From an uncultured bacterium (lineage in GTDB: Bacteria > Hinthialibacterota > Hinthialibacteria > Hinthialibacterales > JAKPRU01), in assembly GCA_964612675.1 (NCBI GenBank), contig CAZTDD010000026.1, positions 1-59,258 of the forward strand: DNA of 59,258 nt. Reading direction: 5' to 3'. The position numbers were made by a program, and so were the translations under genes. Below are positions 9,691 to 18,264 of this stretch, one piece after another. The notes under the pieces are model-generated. The model saw only the letters and a list, made by a program, of their open reading frames with translations. It did no database searches and was not told the DNA's origin. Positions within the stretch are counted from its first letter, which is position 1; each line of letters starts with the position of its first letter.

Positions 9691-10992
9691 ATGTCAAGAC
9701 GCGCTATCGTTTGTAGTGGGATCGTCATAGTACTCGCCGGGATGGTCACGGCCCAGCAGCTCGAGCCGGTCGTTGTGGTCACGGATACTGCGGGACCTCA
9801 GCAGTTTCCGGATATTGCGTACGGCAGCGTAGGCAACGAATTCCTCGTTGTCTGGGAACAGGTGGACGACAGCGACAACTACGACATCTACGGTCGTATG
9901 CTGGACGGAACCACCGGAGAACCAAAGGGAGATGTATTCCCGATTCTCGTCGACGATTCGGTCGATCTCGAAGCGCCCGAAGTCGCGTACAATCCCGATT
10001 CCGACCAGTTTATTGTGATCTGCCGTGTGGCAAGCACAATCGATGTCTACGGTCAGCTCGTGGCAAACGGGAAACGCGCGGGGACGGACTTCTTCATCGC
10101 AAAGTCATCCGGACCGACCTTCTTCGATCCGGCGGCGCGTGCACGGGTCGCTTCGATCAGCTATAAGCCCACGGGACAGGAGTGGTTTGTCGGATTGACG
10201 CCCAACGAGAGTGCGGCATACATGTTCTTGGCAAGCGATGGCGAACCGGTAACCGATCTAATTCAGAATCTCGGCAGCGGAACGAATCCGGCAACTGCGT
10301 GGAGCACCGGCAGCGACGTCGGGATCGTTGCGTACGAAGACCGTCGGTCGCGAGATACTGGAGCGGAGAACCTCTCGTGCTTCCTAACGGATGAGGCCGG
10401 GAATCCGCTTCACGATGAACCGATCCTGCTGCGCGATCAGGCCAACGCGGAAGAGTCCCCTCGGGTCGCGTACAACAGCGATGACGATCAGTTCCTGGTG
10501 ATCTGGGATGAGCGGCTCAGTTGGGCGGACGACAGCGGCGGAGCCCGCACGACGGACACGTTCGGCCAGATCGTTGGCACTGACGGAACGCTGATCGGCG
10601 AGCCGATCCCCATCGAAGCATCCACACCATACACCCTGAGACAAGATGTCGATTACAGTCCGCAGGCGGGCGTGTATCTCGTTGTCTGGAAAGGCGATGA
10701 CGTAAACAGTTTCGCATTTGCGGATATCAATGGTCGCATGGTGAATCGAGATGGATCGATGCCCGCCGAGAAGTTTTTGATTTACGACAGCGGCGATGAC
10801 GACACCTCCGATCCGGATAACGAACAATATTACGACGAATCCAAGCTACCGGTAGTCGCTGCAAATTCCGCCGGTGAGTTCTTTGTCGTGTGGGAGGAAG
10901 GCGGAACGAATCGAGATCCACAGGACAGGGACATCATGGGCCGGTTTGTCAGCACGCAGAGCGGGGTCGTGGGCTGGGAACTGTTGAAGTGA
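9691..10992 (+). CDS. secreted protein with at least 4 internal repeats ([VA]AYN.D.DQF.V.WE)
   Basis: Signal peptide MSRRAIVCSGIVIVLAGMVTAQQ. Repeated blocks are PDIAYGSVGNEFLVVWEQ, PEVAYNPDSDQFIVICR, PRVAYNSDDDQFLVIWDE and PVVAANSAGEFFVVWEE. AGGAGG RBS. Confidence 0.7.
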   Translation: MSRRAIVCSGIVIVLAGMVTAQQLEPVVVVTDTAGPQQFPDIAYGSVGNEFLVVWEQVDDSDNYDIYGRMLDGTTGEPKGDVFPILVDDSVDLEAPEVAYNPDSDQFIVICRVASTIDVYGQLVANGKRAGTDFFIAKSSGPTFFDPAARARVASISYKPTGQEWFVGLTPNESAAYMFLASDGEPVTDLIQNLGSGTNPATAWSTGSDVGIVAYEDRRSRDTGAENLSCFLTDEAGNPLHDEPILLRDQANAEESPRVAYNSDDDQFLVIWDERLSWADDSGGARTTDTFGQIVGTDGTLIGEPIPIEASTPYTLRQDVDYSPQAGVYLVVWKGDDVNSFAFADINGRMVNRDGSMPAEKFLIYDSGDDDTSDPDNEQYYDESKLPVVAANSAGEFFVVWEEGGTNRDPQDRDIMGRFVSTQSGVVGWELLK

Positions 10993-11070
10993 AAAGGTTG
11001 TGAAACAGGAAGGCACAAAGGAGATACGAAGACACGAAAAGGCAAGGAAACCGACTCGAAAAAAGGCCGG

Positions 11071-11321
11071 ATGACATATACAGTCAAAATAACAAACCGG
11101 GCGAAAAGAGACCTGAAGTCAATCCCCGCAAGGGATAGAGATGTCATCGCTGAAGGAATCGACGGACTCGGAACCGATCTTCGTGGGAACGTCAAACGGT
11201 TGACCCGTTATAGCTTTGAGTATCGATTACGGATCGGTGACTATTGAGTACTATTTGACGTTGAGAACAGCGTTATCATTATTCACAGGATTGCGTTGCG
11301 TCGAGACTTATACCAAGGGCT
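11071..11321 (+). pseudogene. RelE/ParE-family toxin disrupted by an in-frame TGA (codon 59) and a lost native stop
   Basis: MTYTVKITNRAKRDLKSIPARDRDVIAEGIDGLGTDLRGNVKRLTRYSFEYRLRIGDY-stop-VLFDVENSVIIIHRIALRRDLY matches the RelE/ParE N- and C-terminal consensus. TGA at 11245-11247. The frame then runs on past the antitoxin ATG. Confidence 0.65.
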
Positions 11322-11335
11322 GATGGAGGCAGACC

Positions 11336-11629
11336 ATGAGAAAACTGGAATTGACTCCGAGGGTTTTGGAAAAAGACGGCAAGAAGATGTTTGTTGTTTT
11401 GCCTTACGAACAGTTCACTGAATTGGCGGAGCGCCTGGAGGAATTGGAAGACCTGTGCGACTTGAGAGAGGCAAAACTGGAGGCTGTCGGCGAGGATTAC
11501 CTCTCATGGGAGAGTGTGAAAGAGGAATTGGCAATTGGAACGGGTGATGCACAGAATATTAAAGTCACCAGTCAGAGTTTCTACATAGGTAAGTATGAGG
11601 TGACGCAGGCGCAATGGGAACTGGGCTGA
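11336..11629 (+). CDS. Phd/YefM-family antitoxin with a C-terminal fragment of an FGE-sulfatase domain
   Basis: KMFVVLPYEQFTELAERLEELEDL..SWESVKEEL resembles the Phd/YefM family. The last ~20 aa (KVTSQSFYIGKYEVTQAQWE) are a divergent copy of VTISKPFYIGKYEITQAQWK from the FGE gene at 46098-46934. Confidence 0.6.
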   Translation: MRKLELTPRVLEKDGKKMFVVLPYEQFTELAERLEELEDLCDLREAKLEAVGEDYLSWESVKEELAIGTGDAQNIKVTSQSFYIGKYEVTQAQWELG

Positions 11630-11658
11630 TTGACATCCTTTATCTCCCGATAGATAAT
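11630..11658 (+). promoter_or_regulatory. sigma70-like promoter TTGACA-N17-GATAAT(CCT) for the vapBC pair
   Basis: TTGACA at 11630-11635, GATAAT at 11653-11658. AAGGAGGG RBS at 11744-11751 before the ATG at 11761. Confidence 0.5.
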
Positions 11659-11760
11659 CCTAATTGTTGATTTTCAATTTAACGAGTTTTCTTCGGGGGA
11701 TTGTGTGTGCATTGCCGACGCGGTTTCATGATAGACAAAGACTAAGGAGGGAATAGGATC

Positions 11761-12195
11761 ATGCCAATTAGAGTCTTGTTGGACATACCTGAGAGCGCGT
11801 TCTCACTGTTTTCCGGAGACGCGGACGAGTTCGTTCGGGAGATGCGGATTGCAGCGGCTGTGAAATGGTTCGAGATGGGGAAACTCTCCGAGTCGAAAGC
11901 GGCGGAGCTGACTGGAATGAGTCAGGAGGAGTTTGTCCATACTCTGCGTCGGTACGGTGTGTCGCCATTCCAAAGCGATTCGGTGGGAGAAACGCGGGAA
12001 GAAAACTCCAGCCAATTTCCGCATGACTTCTGGCAATCGCCGACTATCGAGGAATTGGCCGCTGCGCAAGGAGTGGGACCTGTTCAAGATGTCGGGTCAC
12101 TCAGTGGAACCTGGCCGGGAGAACCTAACGACGGTTTCGAAGAAACCATCGGGGATCTCCGGCAGGAAGACGTGATGCGAGAAAGCCGCCCATGA
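11761..12195 (+). CDS. UPF0175-family VapB-like antitoxin with a C-terminal extension
   Basis: IRVLLDIPESAF...AVKWFEMGKLSESKAAELTGMSQEEFVHTLRRYGVSP fits the UPF0175 signature. 4-nt ATGA overlap with the downstream PIN gene. Confidence 0.7.
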   Translation: MPIRVLLDIPESAFSLFSGDADEFVREMRIAAAVKWFEMGKLSESKAAELTGMSQEEFVHTLRRYGVSPFQSDSVGETREENSSQFPHDFWQSPTIEELAAAQGVGPVQDVGSLSGTWPGEPNDGFEETIGDLRQEDVMRESRP

Positions 12196-12608
12196 GCGTC
12201 TCCAGGATTATCCTCGATACGAATGTAGTGAGTTACCTTATGCGTGGCGGACTGATTGCGGAGGCATACGGAAAACGTGTACAGGGCCGCGTCGCAGCCA
12301 TATCGTTTATCACCGTCGGTGAGCTGTATTACGGTGCGGAGAACGCGAACTGGGGTGCAGATAAGAGGCAGCAGTTGGAGGAGACTCTCCAGAATTTCGT
12401 TGTCGTTCCCTTCGATAACGAGATCGCGCGCGCCTATGGTAGGATCACCGTTCAGAGAAAGCGAGCCGGAAGGCCGATCTCTTTACATGATGCCTGGATT
12501 GCGGCCTGTGCCGTAAGGCATGATCTGCCGTTGCTAACACACAATCCTAGAGATTTTCAACACATCAGCCACCTGCAGGTAGTAACCGAAACGATCCAGG
12601 CACATTGA
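12192..12608 (+). CDS. vapC: PIN-domain ribonuclease toxin VapC
   Basis: ILDTNVV N-terminal acidic motif and PIN fold residues (D at 9, E ~43, D ~100). Confidence 0.85.
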   Translation: MSVSRIILDTNVVSYLMRGGLIAEAYGKRVQGRVAAISFITVGELYYGAENANWGADKRQQLEETLQNFVVVPFDNEIARAYGRITVQRKRAGRPISLHDAWIAACAVRHDLPLLTHNPRDFQHISHLQVVTETIQAH

Positions 12609-12816
12609 GAATTGATGGATCGAAAGCGAAGTGTACCCCGGCGATCGGCGTCCGAATACTATCTGAATCCGGATGGTCCGGATGGAAGGCTATTCGGGTC
12701 AAATTTTCTCCAGGGGCGTTGCCCTGGCTATCGTACTTCACCCCGTTGGGGTGAAACACAAGAAATCCCGCCTCTTGTGCGTTTCGCACGCGGGTAACGA
12801 TCCATTACACCGCAAC

Positions 12817-12854
12817 TCTTCTGAAATATCCTATGTCTTCTGAAATAGCCTATT
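12817..12854. repeat. tandem 19-bp direct repeat TCTTCTGAAATA[TG]CCTAT overlapping a -35 element
   Basis: Two adjacent copies immediately upstream of, and overlapping, TTGACA at 12853. Confidence 0.6.
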
Positions 12855-12882
12855 GACACGCTGCATCCGGGGGAGGGATAAT
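12853..12882 (+). promoter_or_regulatory. near-consensus sigma70-like promoter TTGACA-N18-GATAAT(CCT)
   Basis: TTGACA 12853-12858 and GATAAT 12877-12882. The same GATAATCCT extended -10 occurs at 11653. Confidence 0.5.
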
Positions 12883-12897
12883 CCTACTGTCATCGAG

Positions 12898-13040
12898 TTG
12901 AGCAAGTAGCGAGTTCGCTGCTGGGAGGGCGAGCCTCCCGGCGAGCCGAAAAGCATACTTTGTTGGGAGGGCGAGCCTCCCGGCGAGCCGGACAGTATCC
13001 GAAACTCGGCTCAGCAGGAGCTTCGCCCTCCCGACTCAAT
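12898..13040. mobile_element. MITE-like ~143-bp element carrying three GGGAGGGCGAGCCTCCCGGCGAGCCG hairpin units (two direct, one inverted), flanked by 9-bp direct repeats G[TA]CATCGAG
   Basis: Hairpin units at 12923-12948, 12965-12990 and, inverted, 13007-13032. Flanking direct repeats at 12889-12897 and 13041-13049. The same unit family recurs at 41262-41476. Confidence 0.45.
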
Positions 13041-13151
13041 GACATCGAGGATAATCCTGCAATTGGATTTCTGTCTTACCCGGAAGCGTTTTCTCAGAGG
13101 GTTGTGTGCTGTTCTGCCTCTGCCTTCCAGATCGTAGGTTTTCCTCCCGCT

Positions 13152-13199
13152 GGTCCAGGAGTTGAACACCTGGACCTGTTTCTCTTTGTTCTTTTTCTG
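13152..13199 (+). terminator. intrinsic terminator (GGTCCAGG-9nt-CCTGGACC + T-tract)
   Basis: 8-bp GC-rich stem followed by TGTTTCTCTTTGTTCTTTTTCTG. Plus-strand only. Confidence 0.55.
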
Positions 13200-13337
13200 T
13201 GCTTTCGCGGCTCTTTCGTGTCTTCGTGTTTCAAGATTCTTCCGGTCTGTGTCGTTGTGCTGCCGCGCACTCTCAATTCCTCTGCACAAAGATCGGTTTG
13301 TCAATCCGTGCCTGTCGGCTCCCAAAAACGTGGTACC

Positions 13338-14015
13338 CTATTTCTCTTCTTTACTGTGCGCTTTCAGGACGCTTTTGCCCACAGGGCTTGTGCCTTCACC
13401 CAAGGAATACCGAAAGACTTCCTTTACCGCTCCTCTGACTTTTGGGTGATACCAATGCTCCCGCGTGACTTTGACTGTGCCTTCTCCACCGTCGCGGACA
13501 AACGAAATCGTCTCATCTCTTTTGACATGCATGCAATTCTCAAACTTGCCCGCAGGGACCTCCAGCGTAACGTCGTCCACCCGTTTCGCCTTGATTTTCT
13601 GGGTAAAGGTGCGCCCTTCTCCCATCATAAAGCGCGACTCGAATTCCTTCTCCTCGCCGGGCTTCAAATTCATATTGTATACGGGGTACGCAGGTTCTAT
13701 ACGTACGGTCGTGTCGCCGACTTCGATTCGATCGCACATACCGCTCTTATTCAGGTATAGCGTCGCCGGGCGATCGTCATTTTCCCCCCATTCGTCTCGT
13801 ATCAACCAGCGCTTCTCTTCTGCTTCTCCCTGAATCGAGACTACTTCCAGAACTCGATTGCCGACAATTTCCCGGTCGGGAGGCCGCCACGGCATCGGAC
13901 CTTCATGTTCGTAGACCCATTTTTCACCAACAACCCACTCATCGGCTGCATCGACTGCAATCACTGCGGTTCCTGCGATCAGAATCCCAAGAAGGAATAC
14001 TGTTAGCCTTTGCAT
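13338..14015 (-). CDS. secreted hypothetical protein
   Basis: Signal peptide MQRLTVFLLGILIAGTAVIAVDA. AGGGAGA RBS. Upstream in-frame Ms lack an RBS. Confidence 0.6.
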   Translation of the reverse strand: MQRLTVFLLGILIAGTAVIAVDAADEWVVGEKWVYEHEGPMPWRPPDREIVGNRVLEVVSIQGEAEEKRWLIRDEWGENDDRPATLYLNKSGMCDRIEVGDTTVRIEPAYPVYNMNLKPGEEKEFESRFMMGEGRTFTQKIKAKRVDDVTLEVPAGKFENCMHVKRDETISFVRDGGEGTVKVTREHWYHPKVRGAVKEVFRYSLGEGTSPVGKSVLKAHSKEEK

Positions 14016-14266
14016 ATCTCCCTGACTCCCTTCTTGTTTGTTCGTCGCCCATAAAAACCGCACGGTTCTCAGGTCGAAGCGATAACGAAGTAGCACGACG
14101 TACGTGGAAGACTAACACAAATGGAGGACGCTGCCGACGGGATGTGACTGCGATTTTCTCCAGATTCCTGTCGTTCCGTAATTGACAATGTTCGACAATA
14201 CAAGGCACAATAGCGAAGGCTGCAAACGGCAGAAGTTCATATCCAGCCAGGAGGGAACATAGAACC

Positions 14267-15880
14267 ATGGGAACAATGAAACGCTGCGCACACTTTTTCC
14301 ACAACCTACGGACCGTTTTGCCAATGATCCTTGTGGTAGCCATGACAACAGGAACCGTCTTCGCACAGCAGACGCAGATAAAGTGGCGGGCTTTATTCGA
14401 TCAGACCCAGGGCCAAACCGGCACCTGGACGCCATTCCCGTTTCCCGGTCTGCCCGACGACTGGAGTGGCAGCCTGGCCCAATCGTTCGAGGTCAGTGAG
14501 CCCTTCATGGGCGTAGGCATCAGCAGCCCGACCTGGAACGGCCAGGGCGCAGGCTACTGGATGGCGCTCTACGAATGGACAGGAGACTACGCCTCCTCCG
14601 TCGAGGGCATTCCGATTATGGAGAAGGAGTTCTCCGACCTGGCCGACAACGCCGTCAATACCATGACATGGGACGAACCAGCCCCGCCGGGGCAGTATCT
14701 CCTTGTAACGGATGGACCGGTGCCATCCGACACAGGGAACGTGGGGCACTGGGGCTGGGTCAACTCCTCCTTCGCCACCGGTGATTTCCCTGCCGCGTTT
14801 CAAAACGGGGATTATCTCGACCTGGTTTATGAAGCCCCAACATTGGATGTCCGCGTCGGCTATGTGAGCATACGTACATTCACCGTGGTCGAGGAATTCT
14901 ACACAATGCAGGGAGACGACCACTCGCCGATCGATCTGTTGGGTGGAAGACATGTTGGACAACGATTCGCCGCCACTGCTCCTTTCGAAGGAGTAGAGGT
15001 TCACGGCCCGACATGGTCGGTCGACGGACAAAAGGGTATGACGATACGTTTGTGGTCCTGGGCGGGCTCGTATCAGGCAACCGTCGACCAGGACCCGTTG
15101 GCGGTTTCGGTTCTCGAACAACTGGACGATAACGATTGGTTCCCATGTGTGGCCGACACAACATTGGAACCGGGTGTCTATTTCTGGGAAGCGTCGGAGC
15201 CGACCAACCCCTTCAACCCAGACGATCGCCAAATCGGCGTTTGGCTCTCAAATCAGAGTCTCTATGCGGATGGGGAAGCCTATATTAACGGTGAACCCGC
15301 TCAAGAAGTCAGCGCTACGTGGGTTCGTCTGTTCGGTGGGCCAGACCAATCCGGTACGTGGACACCTTTCCAGTTTCCCGGCCTGCCGGACGATCGATCC
15401 GGAAGCCTGGCCCAGAATTTCGAGGCAACTGAACCGTTCGTCGGTGTCGGTATTCTCAGTCCAACGTGGAACGGTGCCGGTGCCGGGTATCGGATGACAC
15501 TGTTTGAATGGACAGGCGACTATGAGTCCTCCGTCGCCGGAGAGGTTCTCGCCCGGCAAACGTTCAACAACATCACCGACAACGGCCGCAACGACCTCGT
15601 GTGGGATGCACCTCTCGAGCCGGGGCAGTATTTGCTGGTGACGGATAATCCCGTCCCGTCCGACACCGGTCTGGTCGGGCACTGGGGCTGGGTGTTTTCA
15701 CCGTACGCCGTCGGCGATGTCCCGGCAGCGTTTGAAAACGGATGGTTTGCGGACGAGATTTACGAAACGCCCAGTTTAGACGTGTATCTCGCGGTTCCGA
15801 GCGAGCAGGCGACAGGAAAGGACTTTGAATCGAGGTCCATTATTGATGAAACGAGTATTGGCTCGTGGTCGCTCTATTAA
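14267..15880 (+). CDS. secreted protein made of two tandem ~170-aa homologous modules
   Basis: Signal peptide. TGTWTPFPFPGLPDDWSGSLAQSFEVSEPFMGVGISSPTWNGQGAGYWMALYEWTGDYASSV is repeated as SGTWTPFQFPGLPDDRSGSLAQNFEATEPFVGVGILSPTWNGAGAGYRMTLFEWTGDYESSV. ...QYLLVTD.PVPSDTG.VGHWGWV... is also duplicated. Confidence 0.75.
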   Translation: MGTMKRCAHFFHNLRTVLPMILVVAMTTGTVFAQQTQIKWRALFDQTQGQTGTWTPFPFPGLPDDWSGSLAQSFEVSEPFMGVGISSPTWNGQGAGYWMALYEWTGDYASSVEGIPIMEKEFSDLADNAVNTMTWDEPAPPGQYLLVTDGPVPSDTGNVGHWGWVNSSFATGDFPAAFQNGDYLDLVYEAPTLDVRVGYVSIRTFTVVEEFYTMQGDDHSPIDLLGGRHVGQRFAATAPFEGVEVHGPTWSVDGQKGMTIRLWSWAGSYQATVDQDPLAVSVLEQLDDNDWFPCVADTTLEPGVYFWEASEPTNPFNPDDRQIGVWLSNQSLYADGEAYINGEPAQEVSATWVRLFGGPDQSGTWTPFQFPGLPDDRSGSLAQNFEATEPFVGVGILSPTWNGAGAGYRMTLFEWTGDYESSVAGEVLARQTFNNITDNGRNDLVWDAPLEPGQYLLVTDNPVPSDTGLVGHWGWVFSPYAVGDVPAAFENGWFADEIYETPSLDVYLAVPSEQATGKDFESRSIIDETSIGSWSLY

Positions 15881-15957
15881 CCCATCGCGAGCCCCATACC
15901 GTCGTTGCCGGCGATTTGAGCAAGAAAGGGCGCGCTTGAGGAACAAAGGGGCACGCT

Positions 15958-15995
15958 GGTCCAGGAGTTGAACTCCCGGACCGGCAATTTCCTTC
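15958..15995 (+). terminator. hairpin (GGTCCAGG-AGTTGAACT-CCCGGACC) downstream of 14267-15880, same family as 13152
   Basis: Shares 28/30 nt with the hairpin at 13152. Weaker T-tract. Confidence 0.4.
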
Positions 15996-16019
15996 TAACG
16001 AGCAGTAGAGAGATCGTTT

Positions 16020-16646
16020 ATGCGAAAAACGAATGCGTTCACGTTGATCGAACTTCTAATCGTTGTTGCGATTATTGGTGTTTTGGCCGCGATTGCTGTG
16101 CCGAATTTCCTGAACGCGCAGACAAAGGCAAAGATCACACGGGCTGCGGCGGACATGCGCAACATCAGCGTTGCTTTCGGCGCGTACATGGCCGACCATA
16201 ATGAGTTTCCCATGGGGATTATCATGGGCCACGATCCTCGGGAACGCTGGGGATGGGGATTCCTGCCTGAATCGTTAAGCACACCTGTGTCCTACCTGAC
16301 CACATTGCCCATCGATAAGTTCAACGTGGATTACAAAATCTTCGGTCAAAAACAGGGACTTGGCGATCAGGAAGGAAGTCCGCATACACGCTACCGAACT
16401 CGACGGCGCGCTCCCTACGATGGCCCCAACCCGGCAATGACGCCTCAAGACCACCTGAACGACTGGAACAAGATGTTGATGCGAACAGGTATCGATGGGG
16501 CGTACGTCCTTGTAAGTCCCGGTCCCGACAAGACGGAGGATATCCTTCCGAGCTATAACCCGCACGTCTATGCGATCTCCAACGGTCTCATCAGCAGCGG
16601 AGATATCGTGCTAAGCGATGGAGGCGTTGTCGGGATTGGTTCGTAG
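16020..16646 (+). CDS. prepilin-type N-terminal cleavage/methylation domain protein (type II/IV pseudopilin, PVC-style)
   Basis: MRKTNAFTLIELLIVVAIIGVLAAIAVPNF is a class III signal. C-terminal ...SSGDIVLSDGGV resembles a DUF1559-like tail. Confidence 0.85.
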   Translation: MRKTNAFTLIELLIVVAIIGVLAAIAVPNFLNAQTKAKITRAAADMRNISVAFGAYMADHNEFPMGIIMGHDPRERWGWGFLPESLSTPVSYLTTLPIDKFNVDYKIFGQKQGLGDQEGSPHTRYRTRRRAPYDGPNPAMTPQDHLNDWNKMLMRTGIDGAYVLVSPGPDKTEDILPSYNPHVYAISNGLISSGDIVLSDGGVVGIGS

Positions 16647-16725
16647 GAGAATTCATTAAAGGCGGAGCCCCACGAGTATATCCGTGGGGCTCCATTTGTT
16701 CATTGGATTCGGCAGAGCCGTCTGC

Positions 16726-17952
16726 TTACTTCTTTTCTTCGCCCGTCGCTGCCCGGTGGAGTTTGACCTCGACCCTTTCGTCGTCTTTCAGACCACCGTA
16801 ATAAGCACGAAGGATCTCGAGTACTTCCGGCCGACTGAAGTCTTCCGGAACCTCGCCGCCTTCCGAGAGGGTCTTCCGAAGCACCGTTCCGCTCAGCAGG
16901 AGACGATCGTCTTTTCCGTGCGGGCAAGTCTTCATGGACGCCATGCCGCGGCACTTGAAGCAATAGAATGTCCAGTCGATCTTGAGAGGCCGTGTCTTCA
17001 ATGCGTCTTCCGAAATTTCATCGAAGATATCCTGTGCGTCGAATGGACCGTAATAGTCGCCGACGCCGGCGTGGTCGCGTCCGACGATCAAATGGCTGCA
17101 TCCGTAGTTCTGACGGAACACTGCGTGCAGGAGCGCTTCGCGCGGGCCACCATAGCGCATTTCCATCGGATATCCGCCACACATAACCGTATCTTTTACG
17201 AAGTAATTATCCACGAGTGTGTTGATGCATTTGACACGAACGTCAGCAGGAATATCGCCCGGTTTCAGTTTTCCGACCAGCTGATGAATGTAGAGCCCGT
17301 CGCAAACCTCGATAGCAATCTTCGCAAGATACTCGTGCGAACGGTGCATGGGATTTCGCAGCTGCAATGCCGCAACCCGGCTCCAGCCCTTATCTTCGAA
17401 CATCTTCCTACTTTCGGCGGGCCGCTGATATATTTCTTTGAATTCCTGCGGGTAATAGCTTTCACTAACCACTTTCACCGGTCCGGCCAGGTTCCACTCC
17501 GCCTGATCCATGACCTTGGCGACGCCGGGATGTTCCATGTCGTCCGTCCGGAACACCTGCGTGCATTCGTATTTCTTATCGATCTGGTACTTTTCGGTCA
17601 CTTTCATCGTGCCCATGATCGCGTCGGTATCACCGTCCACGAGGGCGACTTCCGAACCTTCGTTGATCGATCCAGCCACTTCCGGCGAAGCGGAAAGTGT
17701 AATCGGTATGGGCCAAAACACCCCATTCGACATTTTGTACTCGGCGCAGACGCCTTTCCAATCATCATGCCCCATGAATCCATCCAGAGGTGTAAACGCC
17801 CCGATACCCATCATGATCAAGTCGGAGGTTTCCCGGCTTGTCATGAGCACTTTTGGAAGGCTCTCCGCCTTCTTCATTTCCTGTTCCCGTTCCTGTCCAC
17901 TAAGAAGTAGTGGCTTTAATTGATCCGATCCGTGCGGTTGTACCAGAGCCAT
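16726..17952 (-). CDS. sat: sulfate adenylyltransferase (ATP sulfurylase)
   Basis: [11 protein letters not shown] and GRDHAGVG motifs. Full-length similarity to homo-oligomeric Sat. Confidence 0.9.
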   Translation of the reverse strand: MALVQPHGSDQLKPLLLSGQEREQEMKKAESLPKVLMTSRETSDLIMMGIGAFTPLDGFMGHDDWKGVCAEYKMSNGVFWPIPITLSASPEVAGSINEGSEVALVDGDTDAIMGTMKVTEKYQIDKKYECTQVFRTDDMEHPGVAKVMDQAEWNLAGPVKVVSESYYPQEFKEIYQRPAESRKMFEDKGWSRVAALQLRNPMHRSHEYLAKIAIEVCDGLYIHQLVGKLKPGDIPADVRVKCINTLVDNYFVKDTVMCGGYPMEMRYGGPREALLHAVFRQNYGCSHLIVGRDHAGVGDYYGPFDAQDIFDEISEDALKTRPLKIDWTFYCFKCRGMASMKTCPHGKDDRLLLSGTVLRKTLSEGGEVPEDFSRPEVLEILRAYYGGLKDDERVEVKLHRAATGEEKK

Positions 17953-18264
17953 CGCGTTCCTCCACCAAGCCGTTTGTTCCCAACCGATTCTTATGATTGA
18001 TTGGTTTTTTAGTGATCCTCGCCCATGGCGAAACTTTCACTTTGTGTTGGAAATGATGCCAGACCGGAACCACGCGGACAAGGGATCTTGGAAAAGAGAT
18101 CGTCACCGTGCAACCATTCAGACACGTTAGTTGTATATCTATGCGAATCAATTGGTTACCATTCACGACTCACTCCAGATACTCCGCTCCGAAGAAAAGG
18201 GCACCATGACCGTCATTGCGATCGAATCCGTCATTCCGAGGAGCGGACCGTCGTTCCGAGTCCC

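Noticed and set aside
11245-11247. UGA recoding (alternative genetic code or selenocysteine) to rescue the RelE toxin
   Set aside because: Many confident genes in the window (e.g. 897-1220, the HEPN gene, the MNT gene) terminate with TGA. No SECIS-like hairpin is evident. A nonsense-mutated toxin is the simpler explanation.
13152-13176. tRNA fragment / integration site (GGAGTTGAAC resembles a T-arm), also at 15958-15982
   Set aside because: The loop is 9 nt, not the 7-nt T-loop. There is no acceptor stem or CCA context. Both copies sit where intrinsic terminators are expected, and one has a clear T-tract.
12960-13760. 266-aa plus-strand ORF
   Set aside because: It starts inside the hairpin repeat, has a Cys/Phe/Ser-rich low-complexity translation, and overlaps the convergent secreted-protein gene 13338-14015, which has a signal peptide and RBS.
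16684-17910. Long plus-strand ORF (408 aa) antisense to sat. Similar antisense ORFs lie at 6107-6853 (opposite ilvC), 7700-8512 and 8681-9334 (opposite ilvB), 56191-57045 and 56202-57269 (over Gfo/Idh/MocA), and 43008-43532 (opposite gltB-like)
   Set aside because: These are high-GC shadow ORFs on the opposite strand of genes with strong homology. They have low-complexity Arg/Pro/His-rich translations and no RBS.
16726-17952. Dissimilatory sulfate reduction locus (sat next to an Hdr/Qmo-like cluster)
   Set aside because: No aprAB, dsrAB or qmoC appear in the window. sat is 13 kb away from the hdr genes and on its own transcript. The Hdr cluster is linked to metF/metV instead. Sat is kept as (probably assimilatory) ATP sulfurylase.
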